A stretch of 64,000 nt of DNA from Saccharofermentanales bacterium (lineage in GTDB: Bacteria > Bacillota > Clostridia > Saccharofermentanales > DTU023). Position numbers and translations under genes: made by a program. Below, in pieces: positions 18,287-26,809 of this stretch; the stretch's first letter is position 1; every line of letters starts with the position of its first letter. A model generated the notes under the pieces. The model made no database searches and had not been told where the DNA came from. It saw only the letters and a list, made by a program, of their open reading frames with translations. Location of the stretch: contig JBMNJZ010000001.1 in NCBI GenBank assembly GCA_050951925.1, forward strand, positions 1,491,015-1,555,014. Direction: 5' to 3'.

Positions 18287-20490
18287 AGATTCTCCAGGCT
18301 GATTTGTTTATCCTCAAATGCTTTATCGCGTATATACCGCCCCGAACCGGGCAGCTTTTTAACTTTGTAATAGTCCGGATCTTCTAACTGTGACAATTGT
18401 GTACTGTGCAAGAAATTTGTGATTGTCTTATCAAGTCTGCTGCCTGACATAATAAAGCTGCCTCTGGCTGTGCGAGTAGCTTTATAAGTCACTTGAGAGG
18501 ATGAAAATATTAACAACTTACCCTGGTTATTGATTACACCAAATTCAGGATTTTCATCAACGCCTATATACGCAGCTCCTACCAACGGAGCATGATCAGA
18601 GTAAGCACTAACAATTTTCCTGCGTCTGTTTTTAGTTTCATAAGCGGAAACATCAACTCGAACTGCTCGGCGATCTTCAAAAACAAAAAGCATTTGGCCT
18701 CTGTATTCTCTATCTGTAGCATACATCACAACTACAGATTCTCCTTCATCCAGCTCCAGCAAGTTTGGTGTGTAATCGCCGATAAAGGATGGTTTATGGT
18801 CTTCAATATCATGGGCAAAAATTTTATACACTTGCGCTTTATTAGTCACAAAAATAATTTCCGCTTTATTTGTAGTTTCTATTTCTTGGACAATCCTGTC
18901 TCCCTCTTTGAGTTTTAGTTCAAAATTTCCGCGCAGAGAAGTTAGTGCCATTTTTTTAAAATAGCCTTCCTCGGTAAGAAATAACCTGATATTGTAATCG
19001 TCTATCAGATCTTCCTCTTTCAGAACGGGTACTTCCTCCGGCTCAATCAGAGTCGTTAATCTCTCGCGACCGTAATCTTTGGCGATATCACGTAATTGAG
19101 CACCGATCAAACTATTGATCTTCCTGGTACTATCAGCCAGACTCTTTAATTCATAGATTTCAGCTTCCAATTCAGCAATTTCATCAATACGTCTAAGAAT
19201 ATACTCACGATTCAAATGACGCAGCTTAATTTCCGCTACAAATTCAGCCTGCACTTTGTCTATGCCAAAATTAGACATTAGATTCGGTATGACCTCGCTC
19301 TCAGTCTTAGTCAACCTGATCAAAGAAATCGCTTTATCAATATCCAGCAAAATCAATTCCAGAGCTTTTAAAAGATGTAATTTTTCTTCCTTTCTTTGGC
19401 GATCAAAATTGGCTTCCCGCCTGACACAATCTTGGCGCCAGCTGATCCAATTATCCAATATTTCACATATGCCCATAGTTTTAGGACGACCTGAGACGAG
19501 AATATTGAAATTACAGGAAAAACTGGTTTCAAGAGAGGTTAGATCAAAAAGCTTTAGGATAAGCATCTTAACATCAGTATTTTTCTTGTAACTGACAGTA
19601 ATTTTTAAACCGTTCAAATCGGTCTCATCTCTAACATCAATGATCTCACGAAACTTACCCTTGCGGGACAGGGCAGATATATCGTCAATTATGGCTTCAA
19701 CCGTGGTATTATACGGTATCTCGTAGATTTCGATTAAGTTGGCTTTCTTATCAATCCTGCATTTCCCACGCAGTTTAAATGTGCCTCTGCCCGTTTCATA
19801 AATTCTGCGCATCTGTTCTTTAACATAAATCAGCTCACCGGCAGTAGAAAAATCCGGTGCCGGCATTGTCTCAAGCAGATCATGCTTACGATCATTAATA
19901 TAAGCCGCAGTCGTCAGGCATACTTCTTTCAGATTAAAAGAGCAGATATTGCTTGCCATGCCAACAGCAATTCCCTGATTGGCATTAACCAAAATAGTCG
20001 GGAAAGCAGCCGGCAGCAATACCGGTTCTTTCATAGTGCCGGAGTAATTATCTATGAAATCAACCGCATCTTTTTCTAAACCGTTAAGAATTAAACTCGC
20101 ACTCGGATCCAGCCTTACCTCAGTATAACGTGCAGCTGCATATTGCATATCTCGTGAGTAAACTTTGCCAAAGTTGCCTTTGGAATCAATCCAAGGATGG
20201 ATTAAAGCAGAATTACCACGTGTCAATCTGACCATTGTCTCGTAAATAGTCTGGTCACCATGCGGGTTCAAAGCCATCGTTTGACCGACAACATCTGCAG
20301 ATTTTGCCCGAGGTGAATTGAGCAACTTCATTCGGTACATAGTATAGAGCAACTTGCGATGCGCGGGCTTAAAACCATCGATCTCCGGGATAGCCCTGGA
20401 GATAATGACACTCATGGCATATGGCATAAAATTGTTCAACAGGGTATCTGTGATTGGCTGCCTAATATGCTCGTTGTTACTATCGTTCAT
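18283..20490 (-). CDS. parC: Type IIA DNA topoisomerase subunit A (ParC-like; a GyrA paralogue cannot be excluded)
   Basis: 735 aa. PEIDGFKPAHRKLLYTM, the active-site AARYTEVRL tyrosine motif, and a beta-pinwheel C-terminal domain. Confidence 0.8.
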   Translation of the reverse strand: MNDSNNEHIRQPITDTLLNNFMPYAMSVIISRAIPEIDGFKPAHRKLLYTMYRMKLLNSPRAKSADVVGQTMALNPHGDQTIYETMVRLTRGNSALIHPWIDSKGNFGKVYSRDMQYAAARYTEVRLDPSASLILNGLEKDAVDFIDNYSGTMKEPVLLPAAFPTILVNANQGIAVGMASNICSFNLKEVCLTTAAYINDRKHDLLETMPAPDFSTAGELIYVKEQMRRIYETGRGTFKLRGKCRIDKKANLIEIYEIPYNTTVEAIIDDISALSRKGKFREIIDVRDETDLNGLKITVSYKKNTDVKMLILKLFDLTSLETSFSCNFNILVSGRPKTMGICEILDNWISWRQDCVRREANFDRQRKEEKLHLLKALELILLDIDKAISLIRLTKTESEVIPNLMSNFGIDKVQAEFVAEIKLRHLNREYILRRIDEIAELEAEIYELKSLADSTRKINSLIGAQLRDIAKDYGRERLTTLIEPEEVPVLKEEDLIDDYNIRLFLTEEGYFKKMALTSLRGNFELKLKEGDRIVQEIETTNKAEIIFVTNKAQVYKIFAHDIEDHKPSFIGDYTPNLLELDEGESVVVMYATDREYRGQMLFVFEDRRAVRVDVSAYETKNRRRKIVSAYSDHAPLVGAAYIGVDENPEFGVINNQGKLLIFSSSQVTYKATRTARGSFIMSGSRLDKTITNFLHSTQLSQLEDPDYYKVKKLPGSGRYIRDKAFEDKQISLENL

Positions 20491-20503
20491 CTATCCTCCG
20501 GTC

Positions 20504-22489
20504 TTAGGCCAAATCCAGCATATCCATATATGATTCGCCATAATCTTCGATATATTGTTTTCTGCCTGCGAGATTATCCCCTAGCAAAAGGTCAAATATT
20601 TCTGCCGACTCTTCTCCACCGGTAGGCAAGATTTCAATCAATTTTCTGGTTGCAGGATTCATTGTAGTTTGCCACATCATATCCGGCTCATTTTCACCCA
20701 ATCCTTTGGAACGCTGTATATGAACGTTTCCGCCATTCAGACCGGATACAATTTCATTTTTCTCAAAGTCGCTGTATGCAAACAATGTACGTTCTACTTT
20801 TTTGACCACATGTGTAATTTCAAACAGAGGAGATTCTGCAATAAATATTTTCCCTTTATTGATTAAAGTCGGCATCAGCCGATAGAACATAGCTAGAATC
20901 ATTGTTCTGATGTGGAAGCCATCGACATCGGCATCTGTGCAGATTATGACCTTGTTCCAACGCAAACTGTCCAAATCAAAGCTTGATATTTTATTACTGT
21001 GTTTGGATTTGATTTCAACCCCACAACCTAAAACTTTTATTAGATCAGTAATAATTTCACTGTTAAATATGGTCTTGTAATCTGCCTTTAGACAGTTCAA
21101 AATCTTACCGCGAATTGGTATGACAGCCTGATATTCTGCGTCCCGTGCCATCTTAACAGATCCTAAAGCAGAGTTGCCCTCGACAATATATAGTTCTCTG
21201 CGTTCAATATCTCTGGTTCTGCAATCTACAAAATTTTTTATTCGATTCTGAAAATCGATATTGCCCATTAATTTTTTTCTTACATCAAGCCTTGTTCTTT
21301 CCGCATTTTCGCGACTTCTCTTATTGATAAGAACCTGGTCCAAAATTCTTAGAGTTTCTGCCTTATGTTCAATAAACCAGATCTCCATCTGTTCTCTGAT
21401 CAGGTCAGTCATAAATTCTTGGATAAATTTGTTGCTGATTGATTTTTTTGTCTGATTCTCATAGCTTGTAAGAGTTGAGAATGAACTTGAAATCCAAATC
21501 AGACTATCCTCAATGTCAGAAAAAGTAATTTTACTTTCATTGGCCTTATACTTATTTTCACTTTTCAACAAGCTGTCAATCTCTGCAACCATCGCCGAGC
21601 GCAAAGCTTTTTCTGGCGATCCACCATACTCTAACCAACTGGAATTATGAAAAAACTCGCATTTATCTACTTCACTATTAAAACAAAAAGCACATTGAGC
21701 CAGAACCTTATACTCCGGTTTATCCGGTCTGTCTTTACCTGCTCCTTCTCCTTCGAAACAGAACGGTTCAGATATGCCCTTATCCTGGTTCAGTTCTTTG
21801 ACATAACCTAGAATCCCTTCCGGATAAAAGAAATCAATGCTTTCTCCAGTCAATTTATCATCAAACCGAAAATGTATGCCTGCATTGATAATTGCCTGGC
21901 GTTTTAAAATAGTATGAAAGTTCTGAGCAGGAATCTCTATCTCGGTAAAAACATCCAAGTCAGGTTTCCAATGTTGAATTGTACCAGTACGTCTGCTATT
22001 AGTGGCAGTTTTTATTAATCCGCCGATATTTTCACCTTTTTCAAAATGTAATTCATATCGATAGCCATCACGCACAGATATCACATCAAAAAACTCGGAG
22101 GCATACTGTGTTGCGCAGGCTCCCAGACCATTCAACCCCAGACTATATTCATAATGAAAACCTTCGTTTGTCCTGTATTTACCCCCGGCGTATAATTCGC
22201 AATACACCAGCTCCCAATTATATCTTTGTTCGCGCGGATTATAGTCTACCGGCAACCCGCGTCCCTCATCCTCAACTTTAATACTGTGATCCGCATAACG
22301 GGTCACGGTAATCAGATCGCCGTAACCCTCCCTTGCTTCATCAATAGAATTGGACAGAATTTCAAAAAATGACTGCTCCGCGCCACTGAGATCGTCTGAG
22401 CCAAATATTACAGATGGCCTTTTACGAACTCGGTCCGCACCTTTTAATGCGCTGATGCTTTCATTGCCATACTCTCTTGCTCTGACCAT
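20504..22489 (-). CDS. parE: Type IIA DNA topoisomerase subunit B (ParE-like)
   Basis: 661 aa. GHKL ATPase N-terminus, Toprim EGNSALGS (EGDSA-type) and DADVDGFHI motifs. Confidence 0.8.
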   Translation of the reverse strand: MVRAREYGNESISALKGADRVRKRPSVIFGSDDLSGAEQSFFEILSNSIDEAREGYGDLITVTRYADHSIKVEDEGRGLPVDYNPREQRYNWELVYCELYAGGKYRTNEGFHYEYSLGLNGLGACATQYASEFFDVISVRDGYRYELHFEKGENIGGLIKTATNSRRTGTIQHWKPDLDVFTEIEIPAQNFHTILKRQAIINAGIHFRFDDKLTGESIDFFYPEGILGYVKELNQDKGISEPFCFEGEGAGKDRPDKPEYKVLAQCAFCFNSEVDKCEFFHNSSWLEYGGSPEKALRSAMVAEIDSLLKSENKYKANESKITFSDIEDSLIWISSSFSTLTSYENQTKKSISNKFIQEFMTDLIREQMEIWFIEHKAETLRILDQVLINKRSRENAERTRLDVRKKLMGNIDFQNRIKNFVDCRTRDIERRELYIVEGNSALGSVKMARDAEYQAVIPIRGKILNCLKADYKTIFNSEIITDLIKVLGCGVEIKSKHSNKISSFDLDSLRWNKVIICTDADVDGFHIRTMILAMFYRLMPTLINKGKIFIAESPLFEITHVVKKVERTLFAYSDFEKNEIVSGLNGGNVHIQRSKGLGENEPDMMWQTTMNPATRKLIEILPTGGEESAEIFDLLLGDNLAGRKQYIEDYGESYMDMLDLA

Positions 22490-22711
22490 TAATTTTCAGT
22501 TCCCTCCAAGAAATTTCTCATAAATTTATGCTGATAATTATGACGAGTTGGTACGCTCTTTCAATGTATAAACCCTGGAAACACTGCAATTACAGTATCT
22601 GTCATGATTATTATACACTATGGGAAACAAAAATAAATTACGCTCTGATTGCAAAAATTGTTTTTTCTGTTTTATTAAAAAAACAAAATCCATAGCTAAG
22701 CAAGAATTTAC

Positions 22712-22739
22712 ATTGCACTTTTAGTTTTTCATGTTATCA
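22712..22739 (+). promoter_or_regulatory. Candidate promoter of ald
   Basis: TTGCAC, a 16-nt spacer, then TG-T-TATCAT (extended -10), about 50 nt upstream of the ald start in an AT-rich divergent intergenic region. Confidence 0.35.
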
Positions 22740-22788
22740 TGCTTTAAAATGGTTTTTAATTAACAAAAGTAAACAAAGGGTGATTATT

Positions 22789-23955
22789 ATGCTAATTGGC
22801 GTACCAAAAGAAATTAAAGATCAGGAAAGTCGTGTTTCCTGTACCCCGGCAGCAGCAAACCAATTTGTGTTGGACGGCCATACAGTCTTAATTGAAACCG
22901 GTGCCGGTTTGGAATCAGGTTTCACGGACCAAGAGTATATAGAGGCTGGCGCAATAATACTTGATCATGCAGCTGATGTCTGGGCGCAAGCGGAAATGAT
23001 ATATAAGGTCAAGGAGCCTATAGCTTCAGAATATAAATACCTGCGCAAAGGCTTAATTATATATGCCTATTTACATCTTGCCGCAAGCAGTGTCCTGACA
23101 AAAGAACTGATTGACAATCAATGTGTGGCTATTGCCTTTGAAACAATTCAGGTTGGATCAGCATTGCCACTATTGAAGCCAATGAGTGAAGTGGCAGGGC
23201 GAATGGCAATTCAGGAAGGTGCCAGGCTGCTCACGAAACCATGCGGCGGAAAAGGGATGGTATTACAGGGAGTGCCTGGTGTCGCACCGGCTCATGTAGT
23301 AATTCTCGGCGCAGGTACTGTAGGTACGGCTGCAACCAGAATTGCAGTTGGCATGGGTGCCAGAGTCACTGTTCTTGATACTAATGTTGACCGCTTGGCA
23401 GAAGTTGGAGATATCTTCCTGGATAAAATTGAAACATTAATCTCTAATAGTTTCAATATCGCCAAAGTCATTAAGAATGCCGACATGGTTGTCTCTTCTG
23501 TCTTGATCCCCGGCCATAAGGCACCTCAATTAATTACTGAAGCAATGGTCCAAACAATGGAGCCCGGTTCAGTCATCGTTGATGTATCTATCGATCAGGG
23601 AGGCTCAACTGAATTGACTGCCAATAAGAAAACTGATTATTATGCACCGATTTTTATCAGACATGGTATTGTTCACTATCTGGTAGCAAATATTCCCGGC
23701 ACAGTTCCCAGGACATCCACTCAGGCACTTTCTAATGCGACAACCAGGTATGCTCTTGCTATTGCCAATCTCGGATGGAAGCAAGCTTGCAGAAAACACC
23801 CGGAACTCGCCTCCGGCATCAATACCGCGGATGGTTATGTGACATATAAACCGGTGGCAGAAGATCTCAATTATGAACTAAAGAACATTCAAGAATTGTT
23901 AAATAATAAACATATCTATCTCCTTCAAGCCAGAACAGCACGTAAAAACAGTTAG
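22789..23955 (+). CDS. ald: Alanine dehydrogenase
   Basis: MLIGVPKEIKDQESRV N-terminus and the NAD fold VILGAGTVGTAA. The start is placed at the ATG preceded by AAAGGGTG. Confidence 0.9.
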   Translation: MLIGVPKEIKDQESRVSCTPAAANQFVLDGHTVLIETGAGLESGFTDQEYIEAGAIILDHAADVWAQAEMIYKVKEPIASEYKYLRKGLIIYAYLHLAASSVLTKELIDNQCVAIAFETIQVGSALPLLKPMSEVAGRMAIQEGARLLTKPCGGKGMVLQGVPGVAPAHVVILGAGTVGTAATRIAVGMGARVTVLDTNVDRLAEVGDIFLDKIETLISNSFNIAKVIKNADMVVSSVLIPGHKAPQLITEAMVQTMEPGSVIVDVSIDQGGSTELTANKKTDYYAPIFIRHGIVHYLVANIPGTVPRTSTQALSNATTRYALAIANLGWKQACRKHPELASGINTADGYVTYKPVAEDLNYELKNIQELLNNKHIYLLQARTARKNS

Positions 23956-23984
23956 GTTTACCGATGCCAATCCACATATAACAA

Positions 23985-24018
23985 GGGGGCCGTCACCCGG
24001 GAGACGGCCCCCTTGTTG
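23985..24018 (+). terminator. Intrinsic terminator of ald
   Basis: A 10-bp GC stem, GGGGGCCGTC-acccggga-GACGGCCCCC, followed by TTGTTGG. Confidence 0.75.
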
Positions 24019-24060
24019 GCGAGGTGCGCCAAATTAGATATTTAGTTTGTTTGTTGCTTC

Positions 24061-24213
24061 CAGACCAGAAAAGGGCACCGTATTTCAAAAAACCTTCTTA
24101 AGCATATTGACTTTTATATGATTTTTTATAACGAAAAGCGCCCGCATTCTTACTTGTAATATAAAACTCCAGAAAAACGTGAAGAATTATACTTAAATAA
24201 AGACGTTTTCTAA
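24061..24213 (+). pseudogene. Remnant of the C-terminus of an rve/IS3-type transposase (integrase core tail)
   Basis: The frame reads ..LKHIDFYMIFYNEKRPHSYL*YKTPEKREELYLNKDVF*. The FYN..RPH...YKTP..(R/Y) tail typical of DDE rve transposases is interrupted by an in-frame TAA. There is no upstream catalytic domain. Confidence 0.55.
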
Positions 24214-24551
24214 AAATGTGATCGGTTCAGATTTGTTCTTATTAGATTATTTGCAAGGCCATATTTCGTTTTTTCAAAGACAATGATGGAGTTCTCTCAA
24301 AGACAACGGAAACATAGAGCTTTAATACAGGCACTTTCAATAAAAGAAAACCGACGTTTCCGAACATGGGAGTTCGAATTACGTCTGTGATTCAAACATC
24401 AACGAACAGATCAAAGCACAGGATCAAATGCTGTGAGTACAGCGGATGAACAATATCCGTGATAAGGCGATGGTGATCGTTAATCGCGATCTGATTTACG
24501 CATAAGGTATCGGGCGGCGGGGATTGCTCCCGCCGCCAATTTGTTGTAGTG

Positions 24552-25259
24552 CTATCTTGAAATAGCCTCTATGATACCCAATGTCGTAGTTGTAATTTCG
24601 TCCTCTGACAGAGTTCCGCGCGATTCAACAAAGTAACAGGCATCTTGGTCATCAATCAAAACAGAATACTGTGAAGGAACAGTCTTTACCGCGCCAGAGT
24701 CAGTCGTTTTTGCATGTTCTGGCACGACGTAAGCACAAACGAGTTTGCCATTGATCGTGCTCGAAGAAACCGCCTGATTGACTTCCTCGTAATCTAAGCT
24801 GGGCTTTTGGCTTCCAATTGTTACAGTAAGATAGATACCGGGACTTTGATATACACTTGCGTCTTTATAGCCTTCGACAGCTACACCAATAAGTGTACCG
24901 TTCTCCCTTTCTAATACTTTTGAATATGAGAAATCAAAGGAACGCATACTTGACGGCATAGCGGAGGTAATTTCAAAACCGAGTATTTCTGTAGCCTCTT
25001 CTGCTGAAATGCTTTCCGATACGGATGTCCCATAAAACGGTGCCGAGTACATAACATATGTCACTTCATTGAAGCTGATTCGCTGGCTTTGGTTCCCATT
25101 CAGAATCACACTCGCTCCAACAATCAGTAGACACAAGCAAGCAGCCATTGCGCTCCACTTAACCCAAGAGGTCTTTTCCCTTTTTGTTTTAGTGTCTGCT
25201 GCTTCAACATAAGCAGGATCAATCAGCTCCATCTTATCTAAAAATTCATTACCTTTCAT
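24552..25259 (-). CDS. Putative single-pass anti-sigma factor / sigma-associated membrane protein
   Basis: ATGA overlap with the upstream sigma gene. A short cytoplasmic N-terminus (FLDKMELIDPAYVEAAD), one TM (WSAMAACLCLLIVGASVIL) and a roughly 165-aa extracytoplasmic domain. Confidence 0.55.
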   Translation of the reverse strand: MKGNEFLDKMELIDPAYVEAADTKTKREKTSWVKWSAMAACLCLLIVGASVILNGNQSQRISFNEVTYVMYSAPFYGTSVSESISAEEATEILGFEITSAMPSSMRSFDFSYSKVLERENGTLIGVAVEGYKDASVYQSPGIYLTVTIGSQKPSLDYEEVNQAVSSSTINGKLVCAYVVPEHAKTTDSGAVKTVPSQYSVLIDDQDACYFVESRGTLSEDEITTTTLGIIEAISR

Positions 25260-25840
25260 AAAGTGTAACCCTCCTTTTCAAGATGTTCCCGAAGTCCGTT
25301 GCGGCAACGAAAGAGCGTTATTTTAACTTTGCTTTCAGATAAATCATAGCGTTTAGAGATGTCAGCCACGGAATCCAGATACCAATACCGACGAACGAAA
25401 ATGTTCCGTTTTTCTTCACCCAGTTTACTAAGAAAACTGTTGATTGCTTCGCCCAATGCCATGTCATCTATTCGGCATTCAACATCGTTGGGTGAAGGAA
25501 TACATTGCTCCATCTCGGCGCTAAGTTCACTGATAAATGCGCTGCGTTTCAGACGTCTGCGGTCACGGCAGCGATTCAAAGAAATGTGGCGAGTGATTCG
25601 AGCCAGAAACGCATACAAATAGTCTCTCGGTTCATGAGGGGGAATGGTGTTCCACGCTTCCATATAAGTATCGTTTTCACATTCTTCGGCTGTCTGGAGG
25701 TCATTGACAATTCCATACGCCAAAAAGCGCAAGCGGCTACCGTATTTTTCAATGGTTTGCTTGATTGCTGTTTCATCACGCAGTAAGAATAGTTCAACGA
25801 TTCTATTATCGTCCAAGGCTTTTATCTCCTTTCTTCGCAT
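25256..25840 (-). CDS. ECF-type RNA polymerase sigma-70 family factor
   Basis: 194 aa. Region 2 (AEECENDTYMEAW) and a region 4 HTH (SVADISKRYDLSESKVKITLFRCRNGLREHL). Confidence 0.8.
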   Translation of the reverse strand: MRRKEIKALDDNRIVELFLLRDETAIKQTIEKYGSRLRFLAYGIVNDLQTAEECENDTYMEAWNTIPPHEPRDYLYAFLARITRHISLNRCRDRRRLKRSAFISELSAEMEQCIPSPNDVECRIDDMALGEAINSFLSKLGEEKRNIFVRRYWYLDSVADISKRYDLSESKVKITLFRCRNGLREHLEKEGYTL

Positions 25841-25935
25841 ATTGAAAGGCCTTCACCCTAATAAGCACCGTTTATGGCGGGAAGGTTACACTTTTTGAAA
25901 AAACTGTCTGATGACTTATGTTTAAGTATCTGATA

Positions 25936-26112
25936 TTAGCACTTGTTCTCCCGTATTTGCCTGTCAACAGGCTTTTGCGTATTTTGGGGACTGAGCCACA
26001 TGTAAACAATTTTTGAAACGCCCGGTATGCGATCTTCCTCACATAACTTATGTACGCGCCGTTCAGATATACTCCACTTCTTTGCCGCTTGCGGACAAGA
26101 TATATATTCCAT
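25936..26112 (-). CDS. Small excisionase/MerR-like helix-turn-helix DNA-binding protein
   Basis: MEYISCPQAAKKWSISERRVHKLCEEDRIPG is the common HTH_17-type motif of accessory-element regulators. The start is trimmed to the second Met. Confidence 0.65.
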   Translation of the reverse strand: MEYISCPQAAKKWSISERRVHKLCEEDRIPGVSKIVYMWLSPQNTQKPVDRQIRENKC

Positions 26113-26481
26113 GTTGCACCATCCCTTTCGCATAACGATACAAGTATATTATTTTCGTGTAGACGAACAAAAGCAATGAACTATCCTTTTTGGTGAGGGA
26201 GAGCTACATATTTTTTAGCACATCAAAAAGCTTATCTCACCGCATACTTTGTGTTCGATTTTTCATCCATAAACAGATAAAGATAATTGACAAAACGCTT
26301 CCTGGGAAGCTCTTGCGCCGGGGAGGCGTAATAGTGGTCGTTGCCGTAGGCGTGGGCATGATTTCCGGCGTAGGAGTCGCCCCCACCTCATTTGGTTCTG
26401 CCCTTCACAGCCTCTCGTCTGCTACTATGCGTGCAGGGGATTTTCACCCCCATATGAAGCGCTATGCCCGGCACACCAAGC

Positions 26482-26509
26482 AAAAAACCCAGACGTTGTC
26501 TGGGTTTTT
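26482..26509 (-). terminator. Bidirectional intrinsic terminator downstream of the tRNA pair
   Basis: AAAAAA-CCCAGAC-gtt-GTCTGGG-TTTTT. On the minus strand the hairpin is followed by a T-run, about 30 nt after the tRNA-Arg 3' end. Confidence 0.75.
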
Positions 26510-26539
26510 CGGGTGCATATCTTTTTCAGTGCACCATGA

Positions 26540-26616
26540 TGGCGAGCGTAGCAGGATTCGAACCTGCGACCCACAGCTTAGAAGGCTGTTGCTCTATCCA
26601 GCTGAGCTATACGCCC
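26540..26616 (-). tRNA. tRNA-Arg (anticodon UCU), CCA encoded
   Basis: Hand-folded 77-nt cloverleaf. Acceptor GGGCGTA/TACGCTC, D arm GCTC/GAGC, anticodon stem ACAGC/GCTGT with loop CT-TCT-AA, T arm GCAGG-TTCGAAT-CCTGC, 3' GCCA. Confidence 0.93.
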
Positions 26617-26620
26617 ACAT

Positions 26621-26726
26621 GGAATTCCGGCCTTTTGGAGCGGGTGAAGAGAATCGAACTCTCACGATCAGCTTGGAAGGCTGATGTTCTACCACTAAAC
26701 TACACCCGCATACCGGCCGGAATTCC
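26621..26726. repeat. Perfect 12-nt inverted repeat bracketing tRNA-Gly
   Basis: GGAATTCCGGCC at 26621-26632 and its exact reverse complement GGCCGGAATTCC at 26715-26726. These lie 3 nt and 5 nt outside the mature tRNA-Gly ends. Confidence 0.9.
26636..26709 (-). tRNA. tRNA-Gly (anticodon UCC), CCA encoded
   Basis: Hand-folded 74-nt cloverleaf. Acceptor GCGGGTG/CACCCGC, anticodon stem TCAGC/GCTGA with loop CT-TCC-AA, T arm GAGAG-TTCGATT-CTCTT, 3' TCCA. Confidence 0.93.
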
Positions 26727-26734
26727 GCTCAGTT

Positions 26735-26763
26735 ATATTACAATAGGCTACTTTTTTTGTAAA
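26735..26763 (-). promoter_or_regulatory. Sigma-A type promoter of the tRNA-Gly/tRNA-Arg transcription unit
   Basis: The minus strand has TTTACA, a 17-nt spacer, then TAATAT, about 25 nt upstream of tRNA-Gly. Confidence 0.6.
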
Positions 26764-26809
26764 GAACAAGAAAGAGACAATGTATTTTCGACAGAGCCAG
26801 CAATTAAAT

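Noticed and set aside
24275-24305. A 10-nt direct repeat TCAAAGACAA occurring twice, 21 nt apart.
   Set aside because: It is too short and isolated to distinguish from chance inside a degenerate pseudogene region. No associated gene or further copies were seen.
24340-24400. A T-loop-like GAGTTCGAAT inside a hairpin (GACGT..CGAAC-atggga-GTTCG..ACGTC), considered as a duplicated tRNA 3' end marking the far att site of the islet.
   Set aside because: It lies on the opposite strand to tRNA-Arg and shares only the generic TTCGAA core. I could not find a same-orientation copy of the tRNA-Arg 3' end by eye, so the islet boundary remains undefined.
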